A stretch of 64,000 nucleotides of DNA from the NCBI RefSeq assembly GCF_006345805.1, contig NC_043004.1, positions 82,956,001-83,020,000 on the forward strand, in the 5' to 3' direction. Under the pieces are notes generated by a model that was given only the letters and a program-made list of their open reading frames with translations, ran no database searches and was not told the origin of the DNA. This document shows positions 13,701 to 25,485 of the stretch, in pieces. The position numbers and the translations under genes are program-made. Position 1 is the stretch's first letter. Each line of letters opens with the position of its first letter. This DNA is from Octopus sinensis (taxonomy: Eukaryota).

Positions 13701-14683
13701 GAGGGGAGGTACGACGACGAGCTCGGGGCGAACCTGGACGTCGACGAGGAGTACCTGACCCGCCTGTTCAGGACGACTTTCGGGCCAGGGCCCATGGACA
13801 ACTTCCAGAGATCCCTGGCCTGGCAGTGCTACCGAGAAGCGCTACCCGTTCGGGATAAGCTCTACAGACACGGCTCGAGAAACACGGGGCCGACCTGCCC
13901 GAGATGCAGTCAGAGCGACGAAACCGTTCTGCACGCACTCGTTCAGTGTCCAACAATTTCCGACCTGTGGGCTTATGTCGAACAACTGCTGTCACGTGTG
14001 GGACGAGTCAGTTTATCAGCTGAGTCTATCGTCAATATTGTCACGTCTCCCTCCTTCAAACGGGAAGGAAGAGCTATTTTCATCATCCTTGTGGCTATGG
14101 CGAAAGAATGTATCTGGTGGACGCGTCTGAAAGGATTGGAGACAAACACTTTCCTCTCTGGTCAATCTCTCATCAACTTCTTCAAGTACCACTTGAAAAG
14201 GAAAGTGAGAGTAGAGAGGCAAGTTTTGTCTAGCGAATGTTTTAAAAAAAGATGGGTGAATGTAGCAAGAATGGCACGTATGAATGACGAAGCCACCTTG
14301 AGCATGATCCTATGAACCCAGAATTTGAAAACAGAGAGTTGCTTATTCGCAAAAAAAAAAAAAGAAATATAACATGTGACTCCATTGACCGAGGTTACCG
14401 TGGTCTTTTCCGTAGGCTTTTCTTTCCACGGGTAAACCTCACCTGTCCTCCTCTTTACACTTCATATTGACATTTCTGTGATAACGATCCCTATTGATCA
14501 ATTTTTTTTTCCTCTCCCCCTTTTTTTTTAACCCCCCCTTTTTTTGTCCTCTTTCTCTCCTTTTACGATCCCTTTTGATCGAAACTCCCCTTCCTTTTTT
14601 TTTTTTTTAAACCTTCAAAAGAAAAGTTCTACCTTGTAATTTGTTCTATCTGTGTGCAGCCCTGTGTGGCTAATAAAGAAACA
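10737..14683 (+). mobile_element. Tx1/L1-clade LINE, 5'-truncated, degenerate ORF2 (APE, RT, zf-RVT)
   Basis: APE motifs IGCVNARGL, IIAISETR, GDWN; RT motifs FRPITLLNADLKILAK and LDQSKAFDRV; C-terminal CPRCSQSDETVLHALVQC; T-rich 3' UTR with AATAAA at 14672; stops and frameshifts at about 11400 and 12060. Confidence 0.9.
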
Positions 14684-14715
<32 letters not shown>

Positions 14716-14730
14716 CATCTACAGTGCTAC

Positions 14731-17700
14731 TATCTATCTATCTACTGACATACCTGGAAAATATGAAGGCCGACCTAAGCCAGGAGATCCAGCGAGCCAT
14801 CACCAACCATCTATGCAAATCACAAGGACCACTCACCCATTTCAGCTTCCCTTACCTCGACATTCCTGTTAAATGTACGTGGCATCAACCCATCAATTAT
14901 TGCCCAAAAATGGAAGATCCCATATATAGAGAGTTGGCTTGCCGAAATGGCACATTGCTTCCCTTTCTTTATCCTTACCGAGACTCACCTGAACAACACC
15001 CATATGGACGCAGAGGTGAAAATAAAAGATTTCACCATTGTTCGTGCGGATCGCACAGACCGAAATAAGGGAGGTACAGCCATCTTTATCCATGACTCCT
15101 TTTCACTTGATGCCAAAGACACATTTTCCAATGGCTACTGTGAATCGGTATCACTATACAACAAAGCCAAGGACATAACCATTGTTGGTCTTTACAGGCC
15201 TCCCCAGGCACCTCTAAAGTACTTTGAAGAGTGCCTTAGCAAAGTCAAGTCCTTCCTTCGGAAGTACCACTCCGGAAACATACTAGTGATGGGTGATTTT
15301 AACCTCCCTCATGTGAACTGGCCCACAAATACTCCGAAGTTAGGCAAGTGCTCTACATTAGATAGGGCAGCAGCAGAACTGCTCTTTAATCTGATGGATG
15401 AGTATTTCCTGACTCAGCTAGTGCTTGAACCAACGAGACAGAATAAAACGATCTTGGATCTGGTATTGACCAATCACTCTAGCTACGTTCACAGCATTTC
15501 AGTCGAAAAAACTCTCCTCTCAGACCACGACATGGTACTCTGCAATCTTAATTCCCGACATATAAAAACCAAACCAGCCAATCCCACTCCATGGCACCCA
15601 TTTGACAACATAAACTTCCACAAAGCGGACTGGGGAACAATCAGAAAGGATCTGTCTTCCATCGACTGGTCTTTTACTCTCAATTCCCCTCATATTGAGA
15701 CCGCGTGGCAGCACTTTGAAACCATTGTCACCTATACATGCTCTAAATACGCTCCCAAGAAATCTACTAACACAAACAGAAACCGGCTCCCTTAAAAGAA
15801 AAAAACACTCATCAGGCGCATCAAAAGACTCAACAAAAAAATCAACCAATTAAAATATTCCCACACACAACATCCACATTTAACAACAATGAAAAGACTA
15901 GAGCTGGAAAAACTTCATCTGCAGACTAACATGAAAACCTCCATTGAAAATCAAAGAGCTGTGGAGGAACAATGGGTAATCAAAAACATCAAACAGAACC
16001 CAAAGGTGTTCTATTCTTATGCAAATAAGCATAGAACCACTGTCTCACCCATTGGGCCATTGATTGATGATAACGGCATTCCCCAACACGATGCTAAAGA
16101 AATGGCAGAAATACTGCAGAAACAATACTGCTCTGTCTTCAGTGTTCCCACTGATATTGATGTGAGGGAAACGAACGAAGTTCACTCCCAACACAAAATC
16201 GCAGACATAACCTTCACTGCCACCGACATCGTAGCAGCAATAAATGAGGTCAAACATTACTCTGCTGTAGGCCCTGATAGATTTCCCGCTAGTCTTCTGA
16301 AGGAATGTAGATATCAACTTGCAGTCCCTCTGACCAACCTCTGGAGAAACTCGTTAGACGCAGGTTATATGCCGAAACAGTTTCTATCCCAGTCGGTCAT
16401 CCCGGTTTTCAAACAGGGAAACAGATCCCTCGCAGTCAACTATCGCCCAATCTCACTCACCTCCCACATCATTAAAGTGTTTGAAAGAGTGTTAAGATCA
16501 ATGATAGCTGACTTCCTGGAGACCCACAAACTCCTAAATTCAAATCAGCATGGCTTTCGCTGTGGCAGGGACTGTCTAACACAGCTCTTGCACCACATTG
16601 AAGATGTACTCAAAGCCTTGCGAACAGGTTCGAACTCTGACGTCATATATCTTGACTTGAGTAAAGCGTTCGACAGGGTAGACCATAACATCCTACTCTC
16701 AGAATTGGCAAATGTTGGAATCCGTGGAAAAGTTCTAAGCTGGATTCAGTATTTCCGGGCGAATAGAACACATGTTCTAGTTGATGGAGTCCACTCAAAC
16801 CCAGCAAAAGTCACCAGCGGTGTTCCCCAGGGAACTGTTTTGGGTCCGCTACTCTTCATAATTTACGTAAACGACCTTTCCAGTGTCGTACATCACTGTA
16901 AAGTGAAAATATTCGCTGATGACACTAAGCTCCAGCAAATCGTCAATGAAGAAGCAGACCGAACTCAACTCCAGTCTGATCTATATGCTGTGAGTCAATG
17001 GGCAGACAGAAACAAAATGCAACTGAACGAGGGAAAACTTGAGCTGATGCGTTTTGGAAGAAATTCCTCACTAAAACAACCATACTCTCTTCCTTCAGGG
17101 GAACCGCTCACAGCCTCTAACAATATCAGAGACCTGGGTGTAATTGTTGATGACGATCTCAGTTGGAGTGCACACATCAACAAGAAGGTCGATATAGCTC
17201 ATAGGATGAGTTCCTGGATCTTAAGAACTTTCCGGTCCAGAGAACAAGGTGTCATCATACCACTCTTTTCCTCCTTTGTACGGCCACACCTTGAATACTG
17301 CTGCCCACTGTGGTCTCCTCACACAAGACAAAACATCTCCAGAATTGAGTCACCCCAGAGGGCTCTCACTAAACAAATTGAAGGCATGGCTGCTCTCGAT
17401 TATTGGGATCGCCTTAAAGCCTTGAAACTTTACTCCCTCCAGCGTCGCCGTGAGCGGTACATCATTCGTACGATGTAGAAAATATACCGACAACTTTGCC
17501 CAAACGACCTAAACATTAGCTTCAAGGTTCATCCAAGACTTGGACCACGGGCTATACGTCCCCTGCCCAATTCAAGATCACAACATACATGTACACTGCA
17601 ACATAATTTCTTTTCCTCAACAGGCCCTGCCCTATTTAACATTGTCCCGAGGGAGATCAAAGAGGAAAAGGATCCCATCAACTTCAAACAGAGTCTGGAT

Positions 17701-17947
17701 AGATTCCTTCAAAGAATACCAGATAAGCCACCCATAATTGGATACAACTCACCCAACAAGAACTCACTACTTGAACAAAACTGGATACAACTCACCCAAC
17801 AAGAACTCACTACTTGAACAAAACTTGACTTAAACAGGATTCGAATAATCCTATCAGGTGGTGCTATTAAGTTAGACATAGCCTGGACCAATCTTTGGTC
17901 GAAACATATCTAAGTTTTATCTAAGTTTTATCTATAGTGAATTAAAT
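14731..17947 (+). mobile_element. CR1-type LINE (APE + RT), degenerate
   Basis: APE motifs FILTETHL, GDFNLP, SDHD; RT motifs NYRPISLT, SGVPQGTVLGPLLF, FADD; CR1-like tail VRPHLEYCCPLWSPH; in-frame stops at 15793 and 17476. Confidence 0.9.
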
Positions 17948-18913
17948 ATCTATAGTGCTACCAAGAAAACACCGCATACTCTCTTCAGTTTGTCTTTATC
18001 TTGGATAACAGTTTGCCGTTGCGGGCAGTGAGAGTGGTGTTTTTCTGAACCCCGACCTACATAAAGAAGTCCTTGAAATTTCAATTAGAATGCAAGAATT
18101 CGTAGAGTATGAAGTCTGATATATTCTTTGAGAACAACTTTTGTCTCTTTCTGTTGGTAAATCAATGGAAAAATAATCTTCCAGTAACAGTGACTCAACA
18201 TTTAATAGCTTCACATTACCGTCTAAAATTAGGCTAAGGCCCTATACTAAATGTTGGGCGGCATTACAAAAAACTGAAAAACACACATAGTTTGGGAGAA
18301 CTTGGGTTTTAATGATTCGTGTAAAGTGGGTTGTCTGAAAGTCATATTTTGTTCTGGGTATTGTGTAACTAGTCCTGACAAAGATATTTTTCACCTGAAA
18401 AGAAGCATATCCTCACCTGCTCAGCAGGATGCACCAGCTACGCCTTCATCAAAGGGTACTTCTTTTATTTTATTGTCAGAATACGACGCTTGTGCCTCTT
18501 GTACGTTGGAAAGTGAAAGTCATTATGCACGGTCAGTATTCTGTTGTCAAATTCCACAGCAATCTCTCTCAACAGATCTCAGATGCCCTTCCTCACATCT
18601 ATCAACTTGTCATGAAGTTGTTTGGGAAATTTTGACGTTTGGAAGTGAAATACAAGGTTTTGCTAAATTTTGTCTATACAAATATATGCATATATATATA
18701 TTTCTAATTCGTATTTTCTCTTTCTATTTTCTATCCCTGTTTATTTCTGTGTTCCTTTTTGTCGAAGAGCGTAGGCTCTAACCGAAAAAAGACTGTCTCA
18801 CTTCCCGAGCGTTAAACTAATACATCTGTTTGTTGCTTACACACCCGTTTTCTTTATAAGTTCTTACTATATATATATATATACACTTTATTTAAAATCA
18901 GCAGAAATATAAC

Positions 18914-18960
18914 AAAAGCTGTTACTCAGAGTTTCACATTCCCGTTCGTCGGACAGTTTT
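18914..18960 (-). ncRNA. minimal type I hammerhead ribozyme-like motif (U4C core variant)
   Basis: Minus strand CTGT-CCGACGA-ACG GGAA TGT-GAAAC TCTGA GT A-ACAG: stems I, II and III pair; GUA cleavage triplet. Confidence 0.55.
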
Positions 18961-20151
18961 GTTAAAATAGAACACAAATAACAATATGATCAAAACTAAT
19001 TAAAGGATATACCTTTAAAAATGGATTTGTTTCAGCGGTCCTTTAAAATAACTGTCTTGCGATAAACAAAATAAATGAATTCATTATAAATTATAAATTA
19101 TAAAAAAATCAGTGTAAAAACTTAAATTGAAGAGTGGATTCAAAATAGATATTGCCATTAATTATATATGAAATATAATTCGATTAATACAAGTAATACA
19201 TTAAAAATTTAAATATTTCACATCAGTATACACCCATACTAAATCATCAATATACATATATACATCAAAATGTGTATATGACTTTCAGACTTTGCCTTTC
19301 GACTTTGCCTTTCGACTTTGCCTTTCGACTTTGCCTATCAGACTTTTGGTGTCGATAAATTAAGTACCATTTGCGTATTGGGGTTGATCTAATCGACTTT
19401 CCCCCTCCCGAAATTTCGAGCCTTATGCCTGGAGTAGAAAAGTATACCCTTTCATCCTTTCTGTGTCGATAAATGAAGTACCTTTGATAAACAATATTAT
19501 TTCGTTACGGGTGAATTTTTCTGTTTTCATTTGCAACAGTCTCTCACTCTCTCTATTTTCATTAATGATAATTTAATATATATTCATTCCAATGCTTTCA
19601 TTTCAAGTTTTAATTCGCTGTTTGAAAAGCCCACAGTTTATTCCATATACGTAACGTAAAAGAATTTATTTATTGAATGGATGAATGAATGATGTCAGAC
19701 AGAATAGATGTATAAGTTTCAGGCTTATTTTTGATGTATAATTCTTTAAAAAGTGTAATAAGTGAGTTTGTTGGTATGGCTGTTTGGAACGGTATTATAT
19801 AACAACTATGTGATCGCTGCTGTTTCTAGCATGCTAACCATGCTAGTCTTACCTTGAAGGTTGTTTAAATTACAGGTATAATTAAAATTACGATACATTA
19901 CTGAAGGAAATATTACCTAAGCTAGTGAGGTTTTTTATAAATTTAAGATTTCAGGAAAATTTTCTTACTGGACGTCCTTTGTAAATTTCGAGTTCACAAA
20001 TTTAAATATTCGGTACAAGATAGCTTGAACACATACACTTCGTTAATTTCCGAAAAAGTTTTATTTATTTACTTTTTGAGTGACGTGTTCAGCTGAATGT
20101 ACTCCGCACAAAATTACGGGACTTAAGCTTAGAGTACAAAGGAATATTTAA

Positions 20152-20372
20152 GGCGGCGAGCTGGCAGATACGTATCTACGCTGGGCGAAAAGCTTGGCAG
20201 TATTTCGTCTGTCTTTACGTTCTGAGTTTAACTTCCGCCGAGGTCGACTTTGCCTTTCATCCTTTCGTGATCGATTAAATAAGTACCGGTTACGCACTAG
20301 GGTGGATATAATCGAATTAATCCCTTTGTTTGTCCCCTCTATGTTTAGACCCCTACGGACAATAAAGAAATA
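20152..20372 (+). mobile_element. tRNA-derived SINE, full length
   Basis: GGCGGCGAGCTGGCAGA head, same core as the 9031-9995 units, ends CAATAAAGAAAT plus TA repeats. Confidence 0.85.
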
Positions 20373-20574
20373 TATATTTATGTGATTTTTTCATTTCATG
20401 TTTATTTCATTCATTGTTTGCAAGATTCTCTGTTGGCATCTGTCTGTCTCTCTCTCACACACAGAAACACATACACACCGAATTCCCAATATAAACACTG
20501 CCTCTGTAATATAAACACATACATATTCCCAGTTAGATCAACAGAGAACCGCCCGGTGGGCTTTCTCCCTGTTC

Positions 20575-20850
20575 ATGTCAGTAACGGACACTTACAGAAT
20601 TAGCAAGCGATGATTGTAATGAGTTCACAAAGAGTTGATTTCAAGAGAAACGGATACAAAGTTGTGATGTGAAAGACATATATGAAATCAATGCTATTTG
20701 CCCAGGTTTCGATTTGATGAAAGAAGCATTAGTTTGTTCTGCTCATCAATATATAAAAATATCACTTCTGTTCAAATATGATTAAAAGCAATTTCTTACA
20801 CAGAGGTACATGTATACACATATAAGAAAAACATTTATATAACAAACATC
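20575..20850 (-). promoter_or_regulatory. module B copy with no coding exon visible downstream
   Basis: Minus-strand TATATAAA at 20834-20841 and intact CT|GTAAGT donor at 20596/20595; homologous to the other module B copies. Confidence 0.5.
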
Positions 20851-20916
20851 AATATTTCTACAAACATGTATGTATGTGTGTGTGTATGTATGTATGTATG
20901 TATGTATGTATGTATC

Positions 20917-21017
<101 letters not shown>

Positions 21018-21159
21018 GTCTGAGTCTCTGTTTCTCGGTGCATGTATGTATGTATGCATCTATCTATCTACTTATCTTTATATTTATGTATTGATCGATA
21101 TTTCTATATATCCATATCGGCGTTCGATAAAAATATCACAGTTTGCTTAAAAGGGGGCA

Positions 21160-21420
21160 GAACATAATATCCCGTCCCAACCTACAGCACTTTTAAATGG
21201 ATGGGAGATAATAGCTTACTCTGCGTAGCCACTCCCAGTTTCCACGATGGTCTTGCGATGGAATCTGGAACCTGGCGCATGCGTTCCTCAATGTTTCCCT
21301 CGGAAGATGTTCGAACATGTGCTTGATCATGGCCTCCAGCTTGGCGTTGGTGTTGCAGGCATAGCGGTTGGTGTCTTTTTCAACCTCGCACCACAATTAA
21401 TAATTCAGGTACAATTTGGA
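21160..21420 (-). mobile_element. Tc1/mariner transposase C-terminal fragment
   Basis: WCEVEKDTN...LRNACARF...IVETGSGYAE resembles the helical C-terminus following the third catalytic residue. Confidence 0.7.
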
Positions 21421-21557
21421 CGCTAGATATTGGTGACCAGAGTTAGGAGGCCAGACATTGGTGCAAGTAAAGTAAGAGGACAGAAATATGTTCTGCTGAA
21501 GTCGAAGAAATTCTTCGACTTATGGCTCTTCAGGAATTATGGCAAAGATTTACATAA

Positions 21558-21596
<39 letters not shown>

Positions 21597-21599
21597 GTG

Positions 21600-22850
21600 A
21601 AATAGAAAGATGAATAATCTTGTAGTAGATTAATCAAAAGTTTAACCGATACCTTAGTAGCAAAAATCACACTGATAGGAATAAGCATATATGACCCATC
21701 ACACTGATAGGAATAAGCATATATGGTTTGTAATCCCCTTTGGTAAGCAGATTAGAACTAACCTCCCCCTCATGTTTAGACAAGCCATCGCCAATAACTT
21801 CCCCAGAAATTCCAAATATTACTCCACGGTTAACTCACATAAAGTTAGGATAGCTTTCTCCAACACTAAAAACCTCGCCCAGATAATCGCCTCCCATAAT
21901 AATAGGCTACTTACTAAGACCCTATCACACTTTTTCCGGAGGCACAGCCTCTTCCGCTCCCGGTTTAATGCTCAGTAGGAATAATTATAGTAGTAATAAT
22001 GATATGAGAGCCAGTACAGTGACACATAATCTCAGCTCCAGCCAGGGAGTACCCACTAGGGGTATAGTTATAAATAGGGGTGTTGTGGTTGATGGTAACA
22101 ATGGGAGTAGGGTAGAGAGCCCCTTTAGCATCCCCAGCATCATTTCCCGCAATAGCAGTACCACGGGCAGTAGCAATGACAGCACTCTGATAGATAGTGG
22201 AGAATCAGGGGTTATTCCTATAGTTAATAGTGACGTAGTGGAAAATAGAGTAGTAAGCGGCTGCAGGTCTCGGAACGAATATAGTGACAGGAACGCAGTT
22301 CTAATTTCAGAAACAATCCTAGCAGAGTAAGATTCACGTCGGCGAACTCCAAGATCAAAAACGCCGTCTACCAATGCAAGGTTTACACGGACTCAGATGC
22401 CTTCGCTTATATAGGGGCATCATCCTCAAGATTGTCTTTGCGTGTCTCCAACCATTACGCAACTTTTCGGGACGTGAACAAGCGCCAGACCACGGGACTC
22501 AGTAAGCTAATATGGCGACTGAAGGATGCGAACTTAAGCTATAGGCTGGAATGGTCAATTTTGTCGGTGGCCCTCCCATTTGATAGGGGCAGAAGACAGT
22601 GCAACCTTTGTGTCTCCGAACTCTTCCATATTTTGTTTGTCAGAGGCCGGATGGTAAACGGGCTCTTACAGTCGGCTTTTCGATGCCCCCATTGGCGGCG
22701 TTACACTTATCTGGCCTTTAAATAGCGTTTATAAATAAGACCGGCACCCATAGCCCTTGGTAACAAATTCTGAAATAGCTTTTAAGATATCTACAATTAA
22801 CCACTGCAAGGGAAATTACTCCTGTAAGACAAACGGGGCTTGTTTTTTCA
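21600..22850 (+). mobile_element. Penelope-like element, 3' fragment (RT thumb/linker + GIY-YIG end)
   Basis: WFVIPFGKQIRTN...VRIAFSNTKNLAQIIASHN and HYATFRD...LSKLIWRLKD...CNLC, homologous to the other Penelope pieces in the window. Confidence 0.75.
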
Positions 22851-23337
22851 CAGCGGGGGGTTTCCTTGTCAAGGCAGGCTTAGATGAACACACACACACA
22901 CACATAAAACATAATATATATATATAATTTCTTTATTTTTTTCTTTCTGCCACCCAACGGTTATCACGGCAGTAGCCACTGACAGCCGAACGATCAAACG
23001 CACACACGTACACAAAAAATGTTTTCTACCCCTACGCCAACACACACATATATAGAACAGTATACACACACACACGTCTCTAAGTAGATTTTTACTCGCC
23101 CCTTATAAAACACCCAATATTCTTTAAATAGTCAGAACTTTATTCTCGGTCACAAAGAACATCTATACACCCTCACCCACATGATTGACCGATGCCTGAA
23201 CCGTTGAATTCTTCAGCCACCGGTTCTCAACATACACTGATAAACAGTTTCGCCATGGGCTCTTAGGAGCACAGTTCGATTTGTTTTTTGCTCCGCCTCT
23301 GTTCTGTTTTTGTTTTTCCAACGGATTTCCTTTTTTC

Positions 23338-23417
23338 TTCCTGAAGAGAAAGACACAATATGGTCCCATTATTCAATCGGATTTTGGTAATTTGTGCCTT
23401 TCGAAACACGTGTAGAA
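23338..23417 (+). ncRNA. type I hammerhead ribozyme motif
   Basis: TTC-CTGAAGA-stem II (GAAAGACACAA / TTGTGCCTTTC, 10 of 11 pairs)-GAAAC ACGT GT A-GAA; palindromic ACACGTGT in stem III; downstream of a Penelope fragment. Confidence 0.7.
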
Positions 23418-23526
23418 TGAAATAAAACGATTTCTGTTCAATCTGCGTTCAGCTCCATTTCTTCAATTCACCTATATATATATATATATATATATATATC
23501 CATTTATACATATACCGATAATTCAT

Positions 23527-23613
<87 letters not shown>

Positions 23614-23889
23614 CCCATTTATACATATATCGATAATACATACAAATATATATATATTGCACACTGGAGTCGATATAATCGACTTAATCCCTTTGTCTAA
23701 CCTTGTTTGTTATCTCTGTGTTTAGCCCCTTGTGGGTAGTAAAGAAACAGATATTTCGCCTGTCTTTACGTTTTGAATTCAAATTCCACCGAATTTGTCT
23801 TTCATCCTTTCGGGGTCGATTAATTAAGTACTAGATACGTACTGAGGTCGATCTAATCCCCTCCACACCACATGTTTTTAGCCTTGTAC

Positions 23890-24215
23890 CTAGACTGGAA
23901 AAGAATTGACTGTCTTGTATGTAATTTAATTTTTTCAGTTAATCTTTCTTTGAGGTTTATAAATCTCTGAATGATTTGTTTGTTCGAATTATAAGTTTCC
24001 TGTATGGAATTTCCAAGCGTCTGTGATAAATACTTAAATTCTTCCATATATATTAATCCTAATGCATTACCTTATCTCCGAGGTGACACAAAATATGAGA
24101 ATACCATAAATCTTTCGAGAAATTTATTGTTAACATAGACGCAATACTCTTATTCTGTCGTGATAACGGAAAAGCTGAAACCTCCACAAAATATTCCAGA
24201 TCAAGTAACATTAAG
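23890..24215 (-). pseudogene. GRL-like exon, subfamily A, internal fragment (TM3-IL2)
   Basis: EEFKYLSQTLGNSIQE...IIQRFINLKERLTEKIKLHTR matches IL2; upstream [17 protein letters not shown]-like sequence; flanked by SINE and microsatellite. Confidence 0.8.
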
Positions 24216-24475
24216 AGGATGTATGTATGTACGTATGTATGTATGTACGTATGTATGTATGTATGTATGTATGTATGTATGTATGTATGTATGTATTATG
24301 TATGTATATATGTATGTATGAATGTAAGTATGTATGTATCCATGTATGTATGTATATATGTATGCATGTAAGTATGTATGTATCCATGTATGTATGTATA
24401 TATGTATATATATATATAGTACGTTTAAATATTTGTTGTGCAAGATTTTTTATGTGAAGTCGTGTGTTGAAACAG

Positions 24476-25135
24476 ATATTGTTATATTTCGGAATGGTCA
24501 TTTTGCCAGTTTAGCCAATAAAAACACACACACTATATATTTGGTGTTATTTTGCTTCAGTGTTTGATTGATTTGATTTTGATTCTTCCAGTTTCAGCTA
24601 ATGAGCTGTGGCCATGCTGGGACATTAATCTTAATCTTATTTCGGCCAGAGTTCTTTTGTCACACTCCTGTGACCGCATCAGTGGTCCTTTGTTTTCTTC
24701 TTTCTTATTTGTGTCTCTCCTTACTAACCGTCAGTCATTTTGTATTTCTATTGTATGTCTTCATTTGCGCATGCTTATATCTCTATGAGCGCTTATGTTT
24801 ATTTAGTGTGTGTATGTGGGGGGATACAAATATTACAGGCATCCCCCACATACACACACTAAATAAACATAAACGCACATAGAGATATAAGCATGCGCAA
24901 ATGAAGACATAAAATAGAAATACAAAATGGCTGACGGTTCGTAAGGAGAGACACAGATAAGAAAGAAGAAAACAAAGGACCACTGGTGCGGTCACAGGAG
25001 TGTGACGAAAGAACTCTGGCCGAAGTATGATTAAGATTAATGTAAAAAATAAATAACACTGAGGCAAAATAACACCAAATATATAGTGCGTGTGTTTTTA
25101 TTGGCTAAACTGGCAAAATGACCATTCCGAAATAT

Positions 25136-25143
<8 letters not shown>
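24476..25143. repeat. foldback (long inverted repeat, centre near 24838)
   Basis: The two arms are reverse complements (ATATTGTTATATTTCGGAATGG... / ...CCATTCCGAAATATAACAATAT); a single arm recurs at 54676-54872. Confidence 0.85.
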
Positions 25144-25214
<71 letters not shown>

Positions 25215-25247
25215 TAGATAGATAGATAGATAGTTAGATAGACAGAC

Positions 25248-25294
<47 letters not shown>

Positions 25295-25313
25295 TAGATA
25301 GATAGATAGGTAC

Positions 25314-25364
<51 letters not shown>

Positions 25365-25485
25365 TCTGTCGTGAAATTCATTATTAACATAAATATCGGA
25401 ATCACATTCAGTTTACATAACCAGAAAAATACCTCCTCTGTTTTTAACGATATTCTCATAACAAATACACAAACGTCATACTTAC

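Noticed and set aside
17965-18660. Possible DNA-transposon fragment (ORFs 17996-18214 and 18302-18781)
   Set aside because: No recognisable catalytic motif; left unassigned.
18760-18810. Hammerhead-like GAGCGTAGGCTC hairpins at 18765 and 27727
   Set aside because: The hairpin is present but the preceding CUGANGA core cannot be placed correctly; at 18765 the GAAA is also lost.
21968-22374. Ser/Asn- or Thr/Leu-rich ORFs on both strands
   Set aside because: Low-complexity segment embedded in a Penelope fragment; no independent gene evidence.
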